Virus record (IMG/VR): IMGVR_UViG_3300027573_000779
Location: 144,934-208,933 of that record
Length of the DNA: 64,000 bases
Direction: 5' to 3' (one strand)
Made by a program: the position numbers and the translations under genes. The notes beneath the pieces are model-generated. The model was not told where the DNA came from. It worked only from the letters and a program-made list of their open reading frames with translations, and searched no databases. Shown here piece after piece: positions 22,763 through 35,132 of this stretch; within the stretch, counting starts at the first letter, position 1; each line of letters starts with the position of its first letter.

Positions 22763-24273
22763 TAGCTTTTCGTTTTTATAGGTTTCGCGCTTAGCCAGAG
22801 AGTTTGAACTTTCTTTGATTTGGGAAACAACTTATCTAAAATATTTTCTGCTTCTTTAATGTGATGTTCAAGCGCCGCCTTTGATTGTTCTTTATACTGG
22901 TCACTGGACTGAACGAAACTTTTATATAGCTGGACAATCATATCCAATCTACAGTTAGCGTTCTCAGTTTCGCGAATAAAATCTAAAGCGTTTGTCTTCA
23001 TACTCTCAAGTGTCGCAGGGTTTTAATTCCAAAATGCAATTCCGTGGCTAAATTCTTCTAAATGAAGAGGGTTCATTTCAAGGTCATTTAAACCATGTAT
23101 ATCAATGTAGGCGATAGGCAAATCATCTTTAGCGCCGTTTTTCTCCAGCAATTCTTTAAGTTCTTTCCACGTCATAAACAAGAGAATACGATATTTTTTT
23201 TATTCCGCAAGCTTTAACTTGGGTTAATAAAAGGATTAAACTTAGACTGAGAGTCAAGATTTCTATCTAAGATGCTCTGTTGCAACATCTTAATAGCTTC
23301 AACGCAATCAGCATCTTTAGGTCCGCGCCCTTTGTTCTTTTTAATGTGATTCCAGATTTTATCTGTAGCACAACACCAAGGAAGATTTGTATTCCAATCA
23401 TTGTCTTCTTTTTGGAAGCCAATACCAACTGTGCCAAACTTGGGAAAACATACAATTGCCTGATTCTTACTAACTTTAACCCGCATCAACCAAAAATCTT
23501 CATCCAATGGAGGAGTTATTAAAAGTGTGTTGCCAAAAGGTTTTGGGTCTTGAATTTTGTTTGAATTAAGTTCAATTGTAAGTTTCATATTCAGATGATA
23601 CAAAATCTTTTTTAAGAATCAAGCTCTTTTTTAGCTCTTATGTCTATCCCAAATCGACAATAGCCCGCCCAAGCTGGAATGTTTGAGGCTGAACAGACCT
23701 GTAAATTATGCCACTTATGGAATTCTTTGGGCCAATACTTAGGGTCTGCAAGCACTCCTAGCCTAAAGTGTTCCCGCGCCTCATTAGGAGAATCTGCTAG
23801 AATAAAACGCCGCTGGTTCTGATAGCAACCCCACTCGCCTGTAGTCAACAAGTGTTCACTGGTAAAAGTAACCATCCATCGCTTGTCAGGGGGATACAGC
23901 TTGATATCAATTGGGTTTTCATTCATATCCCAATCATATAATATCTTTTTTAACTGTCAACCTTGAAAATCTTCTCTAGGGGTTACCTTTATCTCAAGAG
24001 GAACAACCCAAAAAACCAACAAAAGGTCGCCATTGGGAACCTCTTCGAACCGTCCCACAGTCCAATTAAAAGATTTGTAATCTGCTAGCTTTTGCATCAA
24101 ATGAGCGCCGCCATCTAGCGCCCCTTGCGGACTTTTACAGTTTAAGCCATACACATAAAAAGCCCCTACTGATAAACCTCTGAAGTATACTGCCGTATAT
24201 TCTCTGCTTGGAGTAATAATTGTTTTCATTGTTTTTGTATTCTACAACATCTTTTTTAACCCGCAAGCTTTTC

Positions 24274-25065
24274 TCATAACATGTTTATAGGTTTCAGCGC
24301 CCACCCGAATTGTTGGTTAACTTTAGAATAAAGCTCTCTAATCTCTTGTTCTGCTTTCTCAAGTCGTTCAAAATCAAGTGGATGTGCGTTTTTAACGTGG
24401 TCTCTAGCTTGATGATGCCCCGAATATTTACCCTTTAATAAGATTTGAGTATTACAAAATGAACATTTAAAGTATGTTTTCATCCTTGGCCCTAAAATCT
24501 TTTCTATTGACTGCCACCTTGTAAAAGCTTTCCCTATTAGTTTCTTCAGTCTATTGCGCCAATTGGTTATACGATACCTAGATTGATAGGGTCCGCTCAT
24601 AAAAGTGCTGCCTTTTAAGAAAGTAAAAGTATCTAAAACCGCGCCGCTACAGAAGCTAATCTCATCTTTAAACTTAATTTTGTCACCCTTTTTAACCTTT
24701 ACTGTTGACCGCTTCTTAATGTTCTCCCAACACCTATCGCGCCACTGTTGCGCCCATTCATAAGTTGTTGGTGTTAAAAGCTTTAGGATTCTTTCAGGAC
24801 ACTCAGATTCACAAGGTCCCATTTCCTCACTCATATCCTTGTAGCCAAAATTATAGTAATCGTGTGGTTTATAACCCAACAAGCACACAATACCAATAAC
24901 GCTCTTTCTTGTGCCATCTTCGTTCAGACACTCATAAGCTAGGTAGGCTGTGCGATAACCCTTTACCGCGCAATCAATCACACACCCCTGTTTGCCATTG
25001 AATTCCTTCTCAAAGAATTCTCGAACTGAAACGCCTTGATTTTTGTTTGTAAATGTCCAACCCAT
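24274..25065 (-). CDS. DUF6927-like protein with in-frame C-terminal C2H2-like module
   Basis: MGW...FGYKDMSEEMGP...CPERILKLLTP...A..WRDRC; tail MKTYFKCSFC...HVKNAH. Confidence 0.65.
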   Translation of the reverse strand: MGWTFTNKNQGVSVREFFEKEFNGKQGCVIDCAVKGYRTAYLAYECLNEDGTRKSVIGIVCLLGYKPHDYYNFGYKDMSEEMGPCESECPERILKLLTPTTYEWAQQWRDRCWENIKKRSTVKVKKGDKIKFKDEISFCSGAVLDTFTFLKGSTFMSGPYQSRYRITNWRNRLKKLIGKAFTRWQSIEKILGPRMKTYFKCSFCNTQILLKGKYSGHHQARDHVKNAHPLDFERLEKAEQEIRELYSKVNQQFGWALKPINML

Positions 25066-25620
25066 ATGCGCTCAAAAGCCGCGAGGCTTAGTAATTTTTT
25101 GGTTAACGCCGCAGGGCTTAATTGCCCTTAAAGCTATAGACAAGATACACTATCTTTTTAAACTGTCAACGCTCTATGAAAGGCTATGCTGTATATGAGC
25201 TAAGTATGAGGCTCTTTTAATCTTCTTCTCTGCTAGGTAAGCTGCCTTTCTCTCCCTTTTGTTTGGGAACAAAGAAAGCATAACGTCTTCGTGATTTGTG
25301 GAATTACCTAATGCGTAAAGAAGATTTTCGGTTTCAAATTGGGTTAATTGAAATGTAACTTTCATATTGAATGCAAACCTGTTTTCTCAAGCTCTTCAGG
25401 ACCAAAAGCAACATTTAACATATCAACCGTAACAGAATAGCAACCGTTTTCGGGTATTAGTCTATTTACAACCCCACATTGACCTTTCCATGCGCCAGTG
25501 AGGATTCTAACCCTGTCGCCAATATTAAAGGATTGCTGTTCTTCTTTTGAGTCTTTATTCATCTGTGGGGATTATACAAAATCTTTTTAAAATGTCAATG
25601 CTCCAAAGCCGCAGGGCTTT

Positions 25621-25783
25621 TTAATATGAATTGAATATCTGTTGTAATTTGGTCCGCAATTGGGTCCCCAATTTTAACCAACTGTTCGGTCCCAAATGTG
25701 ATTTTCAACTTGTTCTTGAACTTGGTCCCTAATTTCGTACCTAACTTGGTCTTCAAGTGTATCCCAAACTTTCTTCCCTATTT
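25621..25783 (-). pseudogene. Decayed QVWD-repeat gene bracketed by two junction elements
   Basis: No ATG; reads KVWDTLEDQVRYEIRDQVQEQVENHIWD, then a stop/frameshift, then IGDPIADQI. Confidence 0.6.
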
Positions 25784-26923
25784 ATGCTCAGACGCCGCAA
25801 GGCTTAAAGTTTATTGGTATCACCATTACTTCAATTGGTTTAGAATGTTCGCTTGTCCCATAACCCATCTTTAGCGCCGCCGCCCTAGATTTAAATAACT
25901 GGTGCGTGTTAGGCAAAAGCCATCTCTTTCTAAGTATATGTTGTGCTTTTTTATGGTGATAACTCTCACACCAAGAACACCAAGGAATTTTCATATAGCC
26001 AGATTATACAAAATCTTTTTTAAGTGTCAATAATTTCCCGCCTATTGATAATCTTTATTCCCGAATGATGACAGTGTGGACACTTTTCCTCTGCAACTTC
26101 CCCCGTTACTTTAAACTGTGTTCCACAATCACAAGTAAAAGGAGCATGTCTGTTAATATCAGAGAAAACATCTACGGGCGCGTCCTGAAGGGTATAAATT
26201 CTTAAAAGACAGTCGCCTCCTTTCGATTGAGCTTCTTGTTCTAAGCCGCAACCGGGACAATGAATGATAACTGTATCGAAACAACCCATATTAAGAGTAT
26301 ACTAAATCTTTTAAATTGTCAATCGTATTTGTTGAGCATTACGCTCAGGGCACATTTCTTTCTTACACTTCATATATACGTCGAGTTCCACACTTAGGAC
26401 ACCAACCGCTTTCGTCAAGGTGACGCGCCTTACAAGTAGGACATATTTCTGTGGGATTTTCAAGCTTTTGGACAAGACCGCCCACCGAAACAATGCTCTT
26501 GTCTTCAATTTCTGCCTTCTTACGCAACCATTCAATTTCCGCGCTCTCCGCACTTTTAGCTGTCAATTCCCTTACAATTTGCATAAGTGTTTGAAACGCA
26601 ATGTTTTTGGTTGTACAAAGTCCATAAGACCTATTAACAAATTGTACTCCGTTGCGTTCAAAAGCTTCTTTAATTTCTTGTTCGGTCATCACGATTCCTT
26701 TGTAACATAAGGCCAGTAGATAATATACTCTAATCCCATATTGTCTTGGCAGTATTGTTTTAGTTTCCTGTGTTTCTTGGCTAAATCAATCACCAACTGA
26801 GGATTGCCTGTTACAATTCCCATACATTGGCGACCAAACATTCCGCGCCCCGAATAATCATAGCGCACTTCGCCGCCAACTTCTTCTGAGATTTCTTCAA
26901 TGATTTTTTTGTTGGTTGTCATA

Positions 26924-27217
26924 CTAAGTGTTAAAGTTTTTATCGTCTTCGGCTTCTTTCTGAGACTGGTTCCGAATTTGACTCCCGATTTGTTCCCAAA
27001 TTTGTTCTCCAATCTGATTCTTGAAGTGTTTCCAAGTATATAGCCAAATATGATTCCCGGTTTGTTCCAATACTTGGTTATTAATGCTATCAGATACTTG
27101 CGATATCTGCTCCCAAACCGGCTCTTTTTTAAAGACAATAATATCCATAAACACATCTGCTGCCATTTCGGGTGCAATCATGATTGTCATAAACAACCCC
27201 GTCAATAACAGCAACAA
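26924..27217 (-). CDS. QVWD-repeat mini-protein
   Basis: VWEQI...NQIGEQIWEQIGSQIRNQ. Confidence 0.7.
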   Translation of the reverse strand: MLLLLTGLFMTIMIAPEMAADVFMDIIVFKKEPVWEQISQVSDSINNQVLEQTGNHIWLYTWKHFKNQIGEQIWEQIGSQIRNQSQKEAEDDKNFNT

Positions 27218-27518
27218 AATGTTTACTAACTTGACAAATTAGCTTACCTTTGGGTAGTTCATTAGCTCTCAAGTGAACTTTACAGCCTTGACCAATAAAC
27301 ATAGTTGGCACCCAAGTCCAACCCAAACTCTTTAAATAGGCTCTCAATACTGACCTTTTTACCCCTCCCTGATAGCCCTTTTTTGGCCGCAAAGCGTCAT
27401 AAATCTCCTGATAAGGTTTACCAGTGACAATCGAAACAGCCCTAACAGAACAGTCACCCGTTTTGCCTTTGTAACCAGCATCAACTCTTCCTCCGTCTGT
27501 CAAAACAACATTGTTCAT
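27129..27518 (-). CDS. Conserved phage hypothetical (papain-like C...H..D dyad; start moved to MNNVV)
   Basis: DGGR..AGYKG.TGDCSVRA...HFVAVIDGVVYD.HDC.R....CVYGYY. Confidence 0.6.
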   Translation of the reverse strand: MNNVVLTDGGRVDAGYKGKTGDCSVRAVSIVTGKPYQEIYDALRPKKGYQGGVKRSVLRAYLKSLGWTWVPTMFIGQGCKVHLRANELPKGKLICQVSKHFVAVIDGVVYDNHDCTRNGSRCVYGYYCL

Positions 27519-27819
27519 GCTGCAATAATACAAAGTCTTTTTTAAAAATCAACCTAAAAATTCATTACCGCAAGAGCATTTGTAAGTAACTTTAGAACCA
27601 TTCTGAACAGTTATATAAGTGGTCCCCGGTGGAGGCCAAGGTCCATCATAATCAAGACTAAAATCCTTTGGCAAAACCTCTTCGTCATAAGTGATAGGTT
27701 CAGATTTAACTATTGCCTCAGGGCCAATTTCCTCTTGGCACTTTGGGCAAACCCTGATACCGTCATCAACCTCAGGGGGGTCATTCCAATAATCATTCAT
27801 ACTCTCAAGCGCCGAGGGG

Positions 27820-27870
27820 TTAAAAAAATTTAATATTCCGAACTTGGTCCCCAACTTGACCTTCGTTCAT
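27820..27870 (-). CDS. Minimal 16-aa QVWD-family remnant MNEGQVGDQVRNIKFF
   Basis: Two 12-bp units; its stop runs into the junction element at 27801-27821. Confidence 0.45.
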   Translation of the reverse strand: MNEGQVGDQVRNIKFF

Positions 27871-29050
27871 AATATCGTTCAAAGTTTAATGTCTGGCCCA
27901 CCAATACCCTTGATAATTCCGTTTTCAGCATAGGTAACATACAAAACATGTCTCTCTTCCTCTGAAATGAGACCCGCATCGCCCAAGGCATCAACGTAAC
28001 CCGCCAAATAAGGATTTGGAACTTGGTCCGACTCCTCATACATTTGGACCATAGCTTTTTCAATGAGGGTTATTGCGTGTTCTATGTTCATACTGCAAAG
28101 ATACAGTATCTTTTTAAACCTGCAAGCCTTTTATTCATCGTTCCAACATTGGCACCTAGGATTGTTAGACGACCCACAATACTTGCAGTAACTTTCCCAC
28201 AACCCCAATCTCTCTTCATCCGTTAAACCGGATATAAGAGTTTTGAGATTAGTAAAATTTGGTGGTTGAATGCTCAGCCAGTGCCCCCAATAGATAGGCA
28301 CACAGTTCTTTTGCCATTTACTACACCAGCCAATTCTAGGATGGTCTCTATCTGTCCTAAGAATATCAATAGCCTTTAAAGCCTCATCTTTATAGTTCCG
28401 CCAATAACTTTTGGCATAATCCTCTAAAAGTTCAGTCAAATCTTGTTCGTCCTTTGGTGCACAACCAGTTTGAATAAACAAAACTTCCTTAATATCTACC
28501 CTACCCTCGCAAATATCTCTAATACAACAGGATAGAGAGAAACCTATTAAATGGCGTTCCAGTTCCATAATTAAAAAAATTTTAAATAATTCGTTTGATT
28601 AATTTTAATGAGGGACACAAAGCAATCTTTGACCCGTTTAAAAGCTTAGGTTTGAAAAGCGTCTTTCGCTCGGTTCCTAACGCTTCCCAATTATTCCATA
28701 CGTTCAAACAATCATCAACTGTTTTGGGTGCCCAATTTAAATCAGCCTTATGCTCAACTGATAATGTAAATACTTGTAACGAATCGACTTCCCAAAGCTG
28801 CGTATTAGAAGTAATCGTTAAATTGTTGTATCTTTCTTGACCATCCTCTAGGTTATGATAAGCAAATAATGGAGTGTTGCGGACCTTAGGAAAAGTTTCT
28901 ATATTAGGAATATATTCGACCACTCTAAAGTTCATCCCTTCTGTCTTTAAATGTGGAGTCCATGAATAAAGCTTTCCTTCAAATTCTTGAACAAGTTTGT
29001 AAACTACCATAAAAAAGGCATGATACAATATATTTTTTAAACCGCAAGCA

Positions 29051-29383
29051 TTATTTGTCTACAGAGATTGAAAGATAGACAGGATAGTTGATACCAGCTT
29101 CGCTATCAGGAAAAAGGTCGCGTAATATTCTCTCTGCGTAAACATATGTCTCTCCACCCTCACCATCCTTCTTATCGAACCAATTCCAACCTCTAGAATG
29201 AGGGGTCACCCAAAGTTTATGGCCTTTTATTCTTTTGGTTGAGACCGTTATTTTGATGTGGCGAGGCTCTTTACCTAGTAACCTATACACAAAACCCGCA
29301 CATATCGCCATGTGGTCGTTATGCCAGTAAGCGCCGTCATCTAAGGTAAGAAAAAAAGTCAGTTTACTAATCAATTTTCTCAT
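29051..29383 (-). CDS. Hypothetical, CxxFV-P paralog family member 3
   Basis: AICAGFVYRLLGKEPRHIKITVST. Confidence 0.6.
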   Translation of the reverse strand: MRKLISKLTFFLTLDDGAYWHNDHMAICAGFVYRLLGKEPRHIKITVSTKRIKGHKLWVTPHSRGWNWFDKKDGEGGETYVYAERILRDLFPDSEAGINYPVYLSISVDK

Positions 29384-30297
29384 GGGGCTTATTTTATTCC
29401 TGCTTTTCTGTTTTCTTTCATTAATTCAATACTATTAACTTGTTGACTAAAAGAGGAAAAAGGACTCCAATTAGTAACTAAATAAAAATCTCGAAGAAAA
29501 ACCAAACCCTCACTCAAAACATTTAGTTATTCGTCCGACAAACATTCGCCCCTTTCCCAAGAGTTAAACAGTGTGGCTACATCTTTTCCGTTCATAAAAC
29601 AAATTAAGGCTTAATTTTTTTGATTCTGGAGCTATCCATAGTTGAAAACTCATAACCATGTTTATGCAATATTGTTGATAGCTTGTCGCAACACCCTTCT
29701 ATAGTTTCTTTGTCTTCTTTGTTGTTGTCTACGTTCCATAACGCCTTGTGAAGGTTTACAATTGCTCTTGCCACCCTGCTACAAAGTCTCTTTTTCATGA
29801 TGTTACCATTTTAAAATATTTTTTTAAAATGTCAACCCTTTCTTTTTTGGTCTAACCTTTAAATATCGTAGTTAGGATATTCAGGCTGTTTCTTAAAACC
29901 ATCCATCACTCTATGCAAGTACTCATATGCCCATTTTTCATCTATAGCCTTAGTGTGGTCATGGTCCCATCCAAATACTTCTTTATAAGTCATTCTGATA
30001 GTATGAGATTCCCATTTATCCGCTTCGTTATCCTCTTCTCCCGCACCAAAACCCCAAACATTTTTCTCTCTTTTGTAACCAAAAATTACCCCATCCCACA
30101 TCAGATGATAGTGAGAGTCATGTAGCGTGACGCCCACTAACTCTGGATGCAGTCTCCCTACAGCGCACCGAACAGTCCAATCCACAGACTTAGAATATCT
30201 CTCCGCTTCTTGATTTAGCTTAAAAGCTACCTCAGTCAGAACATGCATCTTGAGAAAATCTTCGTGTGTCATTTAAGCGCATGATACGATATCTTTT

Positions 30298-30660
30298 TTA
30301 AAAGTCCAGTTCTATTTTAGCGTAAAGAACATCGGGAGGAACTTTAAAGAACAAGGTCAGGGCGTTACAAAGCCAAAAAATCATCCCCTCAGTTTCCCAT
30401 TCGTAAAGCGTCCCCGATTCAGGTTGAACTTCTTTGGGACATTTAGTAGCTTTAGCTGTATAGTTAGGGAAAAACTCGTCCGAGAAAATCAGATTAAAGC
30501 CTTTTTTCATGGTAATTTTACCCTTGAGTTTTAACATTCTATCAATTGCTTGTGTTGCTCCTCCTACGAAAGCCTCTGCGACCAAACCTAAGGTAGGTTC
30601 GTCAAAAACCCAAATTTTGCCTAGCTTATATGGGCGAATTATAAATATTTTATTTTCCAT
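30298..30660 (-). CDS. DUF6717-like protein
   Basis: IRPYK...WVFDE...LVAEAFVGGA...IDRM...F.LIFS...FP...WLC.AL..FF...P..LY. Confidence 0.75.
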   Translation of the reverse strand: MENKIFIIRPYKLGKIWVFDEPTLGLVAEAFVGGATQAIDRMLKLKGKITMKKGFNLIFSDEFFPNYTAKATKCPKEVQPESGTLYEWETEGMIFWLCNALTLFFKVPPDVLYAKIELDF

Positions 30661-31157
30661 TAAGCTAGTTGATTGATTACGATAAGCATGTCTGTGTCTT
30701 TAAATACTTCTTCAATCATTACCCTGACAATCCTCCAGTTCCCTCCCGCCAAACCGCACCCCATTTTAAAAGGAATTCCAATAGATTTAATTCCTTTGGC
30801 TACAGCGTCGTTTTTCATTTTGTCGAGGGCTTTATAAAGGGCTTCATAATTTAACGCCCGAAGACCCCCAATTTCAAATTGACCATACAAATTGTAAATA
30901 TGTTTAATGTAATCGCCTGAAACCTGAGAGACTGAAAAGGTTCCGAGTTTTGTTCTTTTCCCGTAAGAAGTATTCTTGTCTGTTTCTAACACTTCTGGCC
31001 ACTGGCGAGCGATAGCAAGAGCTACACCCGCTCCCATGGTGTGAAAACAGTTTGCAACGTGAGCTATAGCATCTGTTTTGGAAAAAACAATAGAACGGTT
31101 TTGAGTAACGCTATTCATAAAAACGCATTCTACAACATCTTTTTCAAACGTCAACAA
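30660..31157 (-). CDS. Macrodomain (ADP-ribose binding/hydrolase) protein
   Basis: HVANCFHTMGAGVA, NLYGQ, GIPFKMGCGLAGGNW. Confidence 0.9.
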   Translation of the reverse strand: MLTFEKDVVECVFMNSVTQNRSIVFSKTDAIAHVANCFHTMGAGVALAIARQWPEVLETDKNTSYGKRTKLGTFSVSQVSGDYIKHIYNLYGQFEIGGLRALNYEALYKALDKMKNDAVAKGIKSIGIPFKMGCGLAGGNWRIVRVMIEEVFKDTDMLIVINQLA

Positions 31158-32502
31158 TAATCCAAAACCTCTGTAAAGTCTTGTATTTGCTTGGTGCCGC
31201 CCTCTGATTCTTTTATTAGTTTAATATAAGTTTCCTTATTAATAGTCCTTGAAGGCATACTGGCTAGTTCTAATGTAAAAATGTCGGGAGTTGATTGCGC
31301 ATAACTTGAATGCCTAAACAAACAACCAGTTAGTAAATTAGTAAACTTGTAATAGCCCTCAATATAGACCTTTGCGGTTAGATAGTAATTGTGGGGAGAC
31401 AACATCTTAAATTGTTCCTTGAAGGTCAAAATAAGTTTTCATCATGCCTTTCTCTGTATCGTTCGCTTCTTGAATTAGTTTTTTGCGTCTAGCACGCCAA
31501 ACACTCATTGAAGTTTCAAGTTGTGCGTTATAAGGGACGTATCCACTAGAATAAAACCCACACTCGTATCTTTCGAGTCCAATTTTATAACCAATTTTTC
31601 GTGCGTCTGGAATCCCTGCCTTGGTAAGCTGGTCTTTAGTCCAAAATCTTTTGCGCTCTTTGTCTATATAAGCCGCTTCCAGTATTTCGCCTGTTTTAGG
31701 ATAAACAAATTTATTCATAAATGCTCCAAAACACCAGAATACAGCATCTTTTTAAAATGTCAATGCTCAAGCACCGCAGGGCTTCAGTTCTAATCTAATC
31801 CCTTCAATTTTGTTTTTTTCAGTTAAATACCACCCCTCTATTATTAAATCAATATCAATGGTGGTCTTGGGACCAAAGATAGTCCATTTTTTGTTTTCAG
31901 CCTTATCAAACACAAGTAATGTATTACCATAGTTCATAACGTTAGCTTTGTCCCCTTCAATAAAAGGAGCGTTTTCTATAGTCTGACCTAAATCGTCTTG
32001 GATTGTTTTAATTAAGAAAAACATATCAGCCACCACCCACCCTTCGCCCAAATGATTATTTTTTGGGTCCTTTGGTTTTTGACCTATAGACCAAACAACA
32101 ATCTTAGAGATGCTTTTTGATTTCATCTGGACAAACTTCTAAAAGATAAATTTTTGTTAGTTTATAAATACCTTCAATTAATTGTTCTCTCTGAGCTACA
32201 ACTTTGTCCACTTCCTGTTTTACTCTTTTGCCTTCTTTTAATGGCAAAGAAGCAAAATATCTAAAATGACCGTCATAAGAACGTATATAGGCATAACCTT
32301 CTCTCCCTAAAAATTTTGGAACTGCAAACCCAACCCCACAAAGAAAACCCGGAAATTGGTCATATTCCCAAAAAAACATCCTTTTTTCGTGTTTTTTGCC
32401 GTCGCCATTACATTCTATACAACGGTTTTTTTCAATAGTCCCTGTTCCTTTACACTCTTTACACTCTCTCTTATTACTTAAATTCCTCATATCATAACTC
32501 CC

Positions 32503-32963
32503 TCAAAATGAGTTTTTGGTAGTTACAAAAACTTGTTCCATAATTTGGAGTCGAACCTGTTCTTGGGTTTGTTCCCAACCTCTTTCTAATTGGTCCCAAA
32601 CTTGGTTTCCAACTTGGTTTCCAATTTGATTGCTAAAGTGATACCTAATTTGATTTAGAATTGTTAAATATTTTTTATCCATTTCACAAACAGGTCTAAG
32701 ACAAAAACCATACCGAATGCTAAAACTAATATTAATATAATGTACATTCATTCAACTAAACTGTTGATTTGGTGCTCAATTTGGTAGCCAATTTCTGCCC
32801 ACATTTGGTTTTGAGTTTGGTCCCAAACTTTGTTTTCTATGGTTTGATGCCCAATTTGCTTAGAAATTTGAAGTCTTATTAAGTCCAAAGTATCTGTTAA
32901 GACTTGGCACTGAAACCGGTACTGGTCCCTAATTTGGTCTTTTGTTTTAAATCTCTTCAACAC
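32503..32963 (-). CDS. Two tandem QVWD-repeat mini-proteins (32748..32963, 32503..32751)
   Basis: NQIGNQVGNQVWDQ; KVWDQTQNQMWAE. Confidence 0.7.
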
Positions 32964-33290
32964 TTAGATTGGTTCTTTGATAAGTTTCGTATACATCAAT
33001 AGGGTCGCTGGCTGTCCAAGGCATTAAAATAAAATTAATTCCAAATGGGTGATACATTTCCATTTTTTCTTTGTCTGTTGCCTCGTCTAAATAGCCAGCC
33101 ACATACCAATCCAGCCCTTCAAATGGGTAGGCCCAGTTTTTTCCTTTCTTATCCGGCCTGTGTCCTACGACATAAATTCTATCTCTGTCGTTTCGTTTAT
33201 AACGCGCCCCTTCCCATTGGTCCGAACCAATCTTTACTTTAACTGGTTGCACGTCAAAACACCCACATTGTTCTAACCATTCTTTTAAAG

Positions 33291-33547
33291 TCATATGCTC
33301 AAGCGCCGCAGGGCTTAGTTTATTCTAATTCCCACCATTCGGGGTCCACTTCTGCCAAAGCTTTACCTAAGTCACTAGGAAAAACAACGGCAATATCATA
33401 AACGGGATTTTCTTTACCTTCACTATCTGATTCTGTCAAACTCAAACCCCTATGATTCAGAGTTAGGTTAGAGACTTTCTTAAAAAATGTTTCTAATTTG
33501 GCTTTATCGTGTTCTTTCATATGCTCAAGCGCCGCAGGGCTTAGTTT
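33291..33547 (-). repeat. Perfect ~31-bp direct repeats (33291-33321, 33517-33547) containing the junction element and bracketing gene 33320..33520
   Basis: tcatatgctcaagcgccgcagggcttagttt occurs twice. Confidence 0.9.
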
Positions 33548-33833
33548 TATTTATAATAAGTCTGAATATAGGCATCTGCCACCTGTTTGAAATAGCTAAA
33601 AATTCGCTCTTTTGTTTGTTCTGTTCCGTCGCCGCTCATATTAACAGTTACGCCTCCAATCTTGAGAGGCTTTACTTTACCATCCCTAAAAAGCCTCAAA
33701 AAACGCGAAACTGTCATCAGTTCAACCCACCTACGTTCAGGGGTCTTGATTTCGACCTTGAACTTCTTCACCTTTGGAAGGAAGTTGGCTACCAACGTAA
33801 TTGATATCATGAAACGATGATAGCGGGTCTTTT

Positions 33834-34259
33834 TTAAAAATCAAGTCGATTGCTCAAGCCGCTCCTAAAAATTTCACTTACAATTTGGTCCCAAATTTGC
33901 CCCTTAACTTGGTTCCAAGTTTGTCCTCCAATTTGGCTCCCAACTTGTTTCCAAACTTGCTCCCAGACTTGGTCCCCAACTTGGCTCCAAACTTGGTCTA
34001 TAATCCTTTCTTTAATTATTTGGGTCATAAAGGCTTAAATTTGGTCCCAAATTGCGTCCTCAAGTTGTTTCCGAAGGTTGTCCCAAAGTTGTTCCCTAAG
34101 TGGATTCCAAACTTGTATAACCTGCATCCAAATTGGGTCCCAAACCTGTTCATCAAGCTGACTTTTAACTTGGTCCCCAACTTGGTCCCAAATAATCTTA
34201 CGAATCTCAATATCGGTTTGGTACCAATCCTCCGATAATTTGTCTAGCATCATTTTCAT
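33834..34259 (-). CDS. Two tandem QVWD-repeat mini-proteins (34035..34259, 33834..34028)
   Basis: DQVWSQVGDQVWEQVWKQVGSQ; IWDQVGDQVKSQLDEQVWD. Confidence 0.8.
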
Positions 34260-34581
34260 TTATTAAAACTTTTTTAAAAATCAATCACAAAAAGAAACTA
34301 AGGAATTCTTGGTGGCAGTGGTAAAACAATTCCTAATTTAGTAAGGGCTTGTTCATCTGTATTGTTCAACCCGTTATAAATCACTTTTGTAGCTATATAA
34401 AGACACTCGGCTTGTGTCCAATCTGGAAACCTTTTCTCTAAAGAATCACAAAATCTATCCCTTAATTCTTCAACAGGTATGGGATTAGATTTAGAAACAA
34501 ATGTAAAAGCAATTTTGAAAACCACGTCTGCTAAAATTTCAGAATTATCACTTAAATCTTTTAAAATTTTTGGTGAAATTT

Positions 34582-34797
34582 TCATAACCATATTTGCTCA
34601 AGAACTTGGTTCCGAACTTCCATGAAAACGTCATTCCTTATTTGTTCCCTAGATGGGTTTCCAACATGCTTCATAACTTGGCTCCCAATCTCAGTTCGGT
34701 CCCCAACTTGGTCCATAACGTGGTCCCAAACTTGGTCCATAACGCGGTCCCAAACTTGGTCCACAACTTGATACTGAATTTTGGTGACTAAGCTCAA
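34582..34797 (-). CDS. QVWD-repeat mini-protein
   Basis: QVVDQVWDRVMDQVWDHVMDQVGD. Confidence 0.8.
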   Translation of the reverse strand: MSLVTKIQYQVVDQVWDRVMDQVWDHVMDQVGDRTEIGSQVMKHVGNPSREQIRNDVFMEVRNQVLEQIWL

Positions 34798-35132
34798 TCA
34801 ATCCGCTTTTGTTTCAACTTCTTCAATAGAATATTCAGGTAAAGCTTTATTAATCCGCAGTTTAACGCGCTCTATAATTGGTTTTACCACATCGGGCGCT
34901 CTGGCTACGGTTTTGAGTTTATTAGCTCTACCTATAGCTACCCGTAAACCAAAGTCTCTGTTAAACGAGTCTCCAGCATCAATATTGGTATAGCTCCAGC
35001 CAATATGAACCGTTTTGCGGTCATGGTCTTCTACTCCCGCCACAATGCCGCGCCTTTGATTTGTTTTGGGGTCTCTGACAAATTGAATAAACATATCTGT
35101 ATTTTAAATATTTTTTTTAAAAAAGCAAGCAA

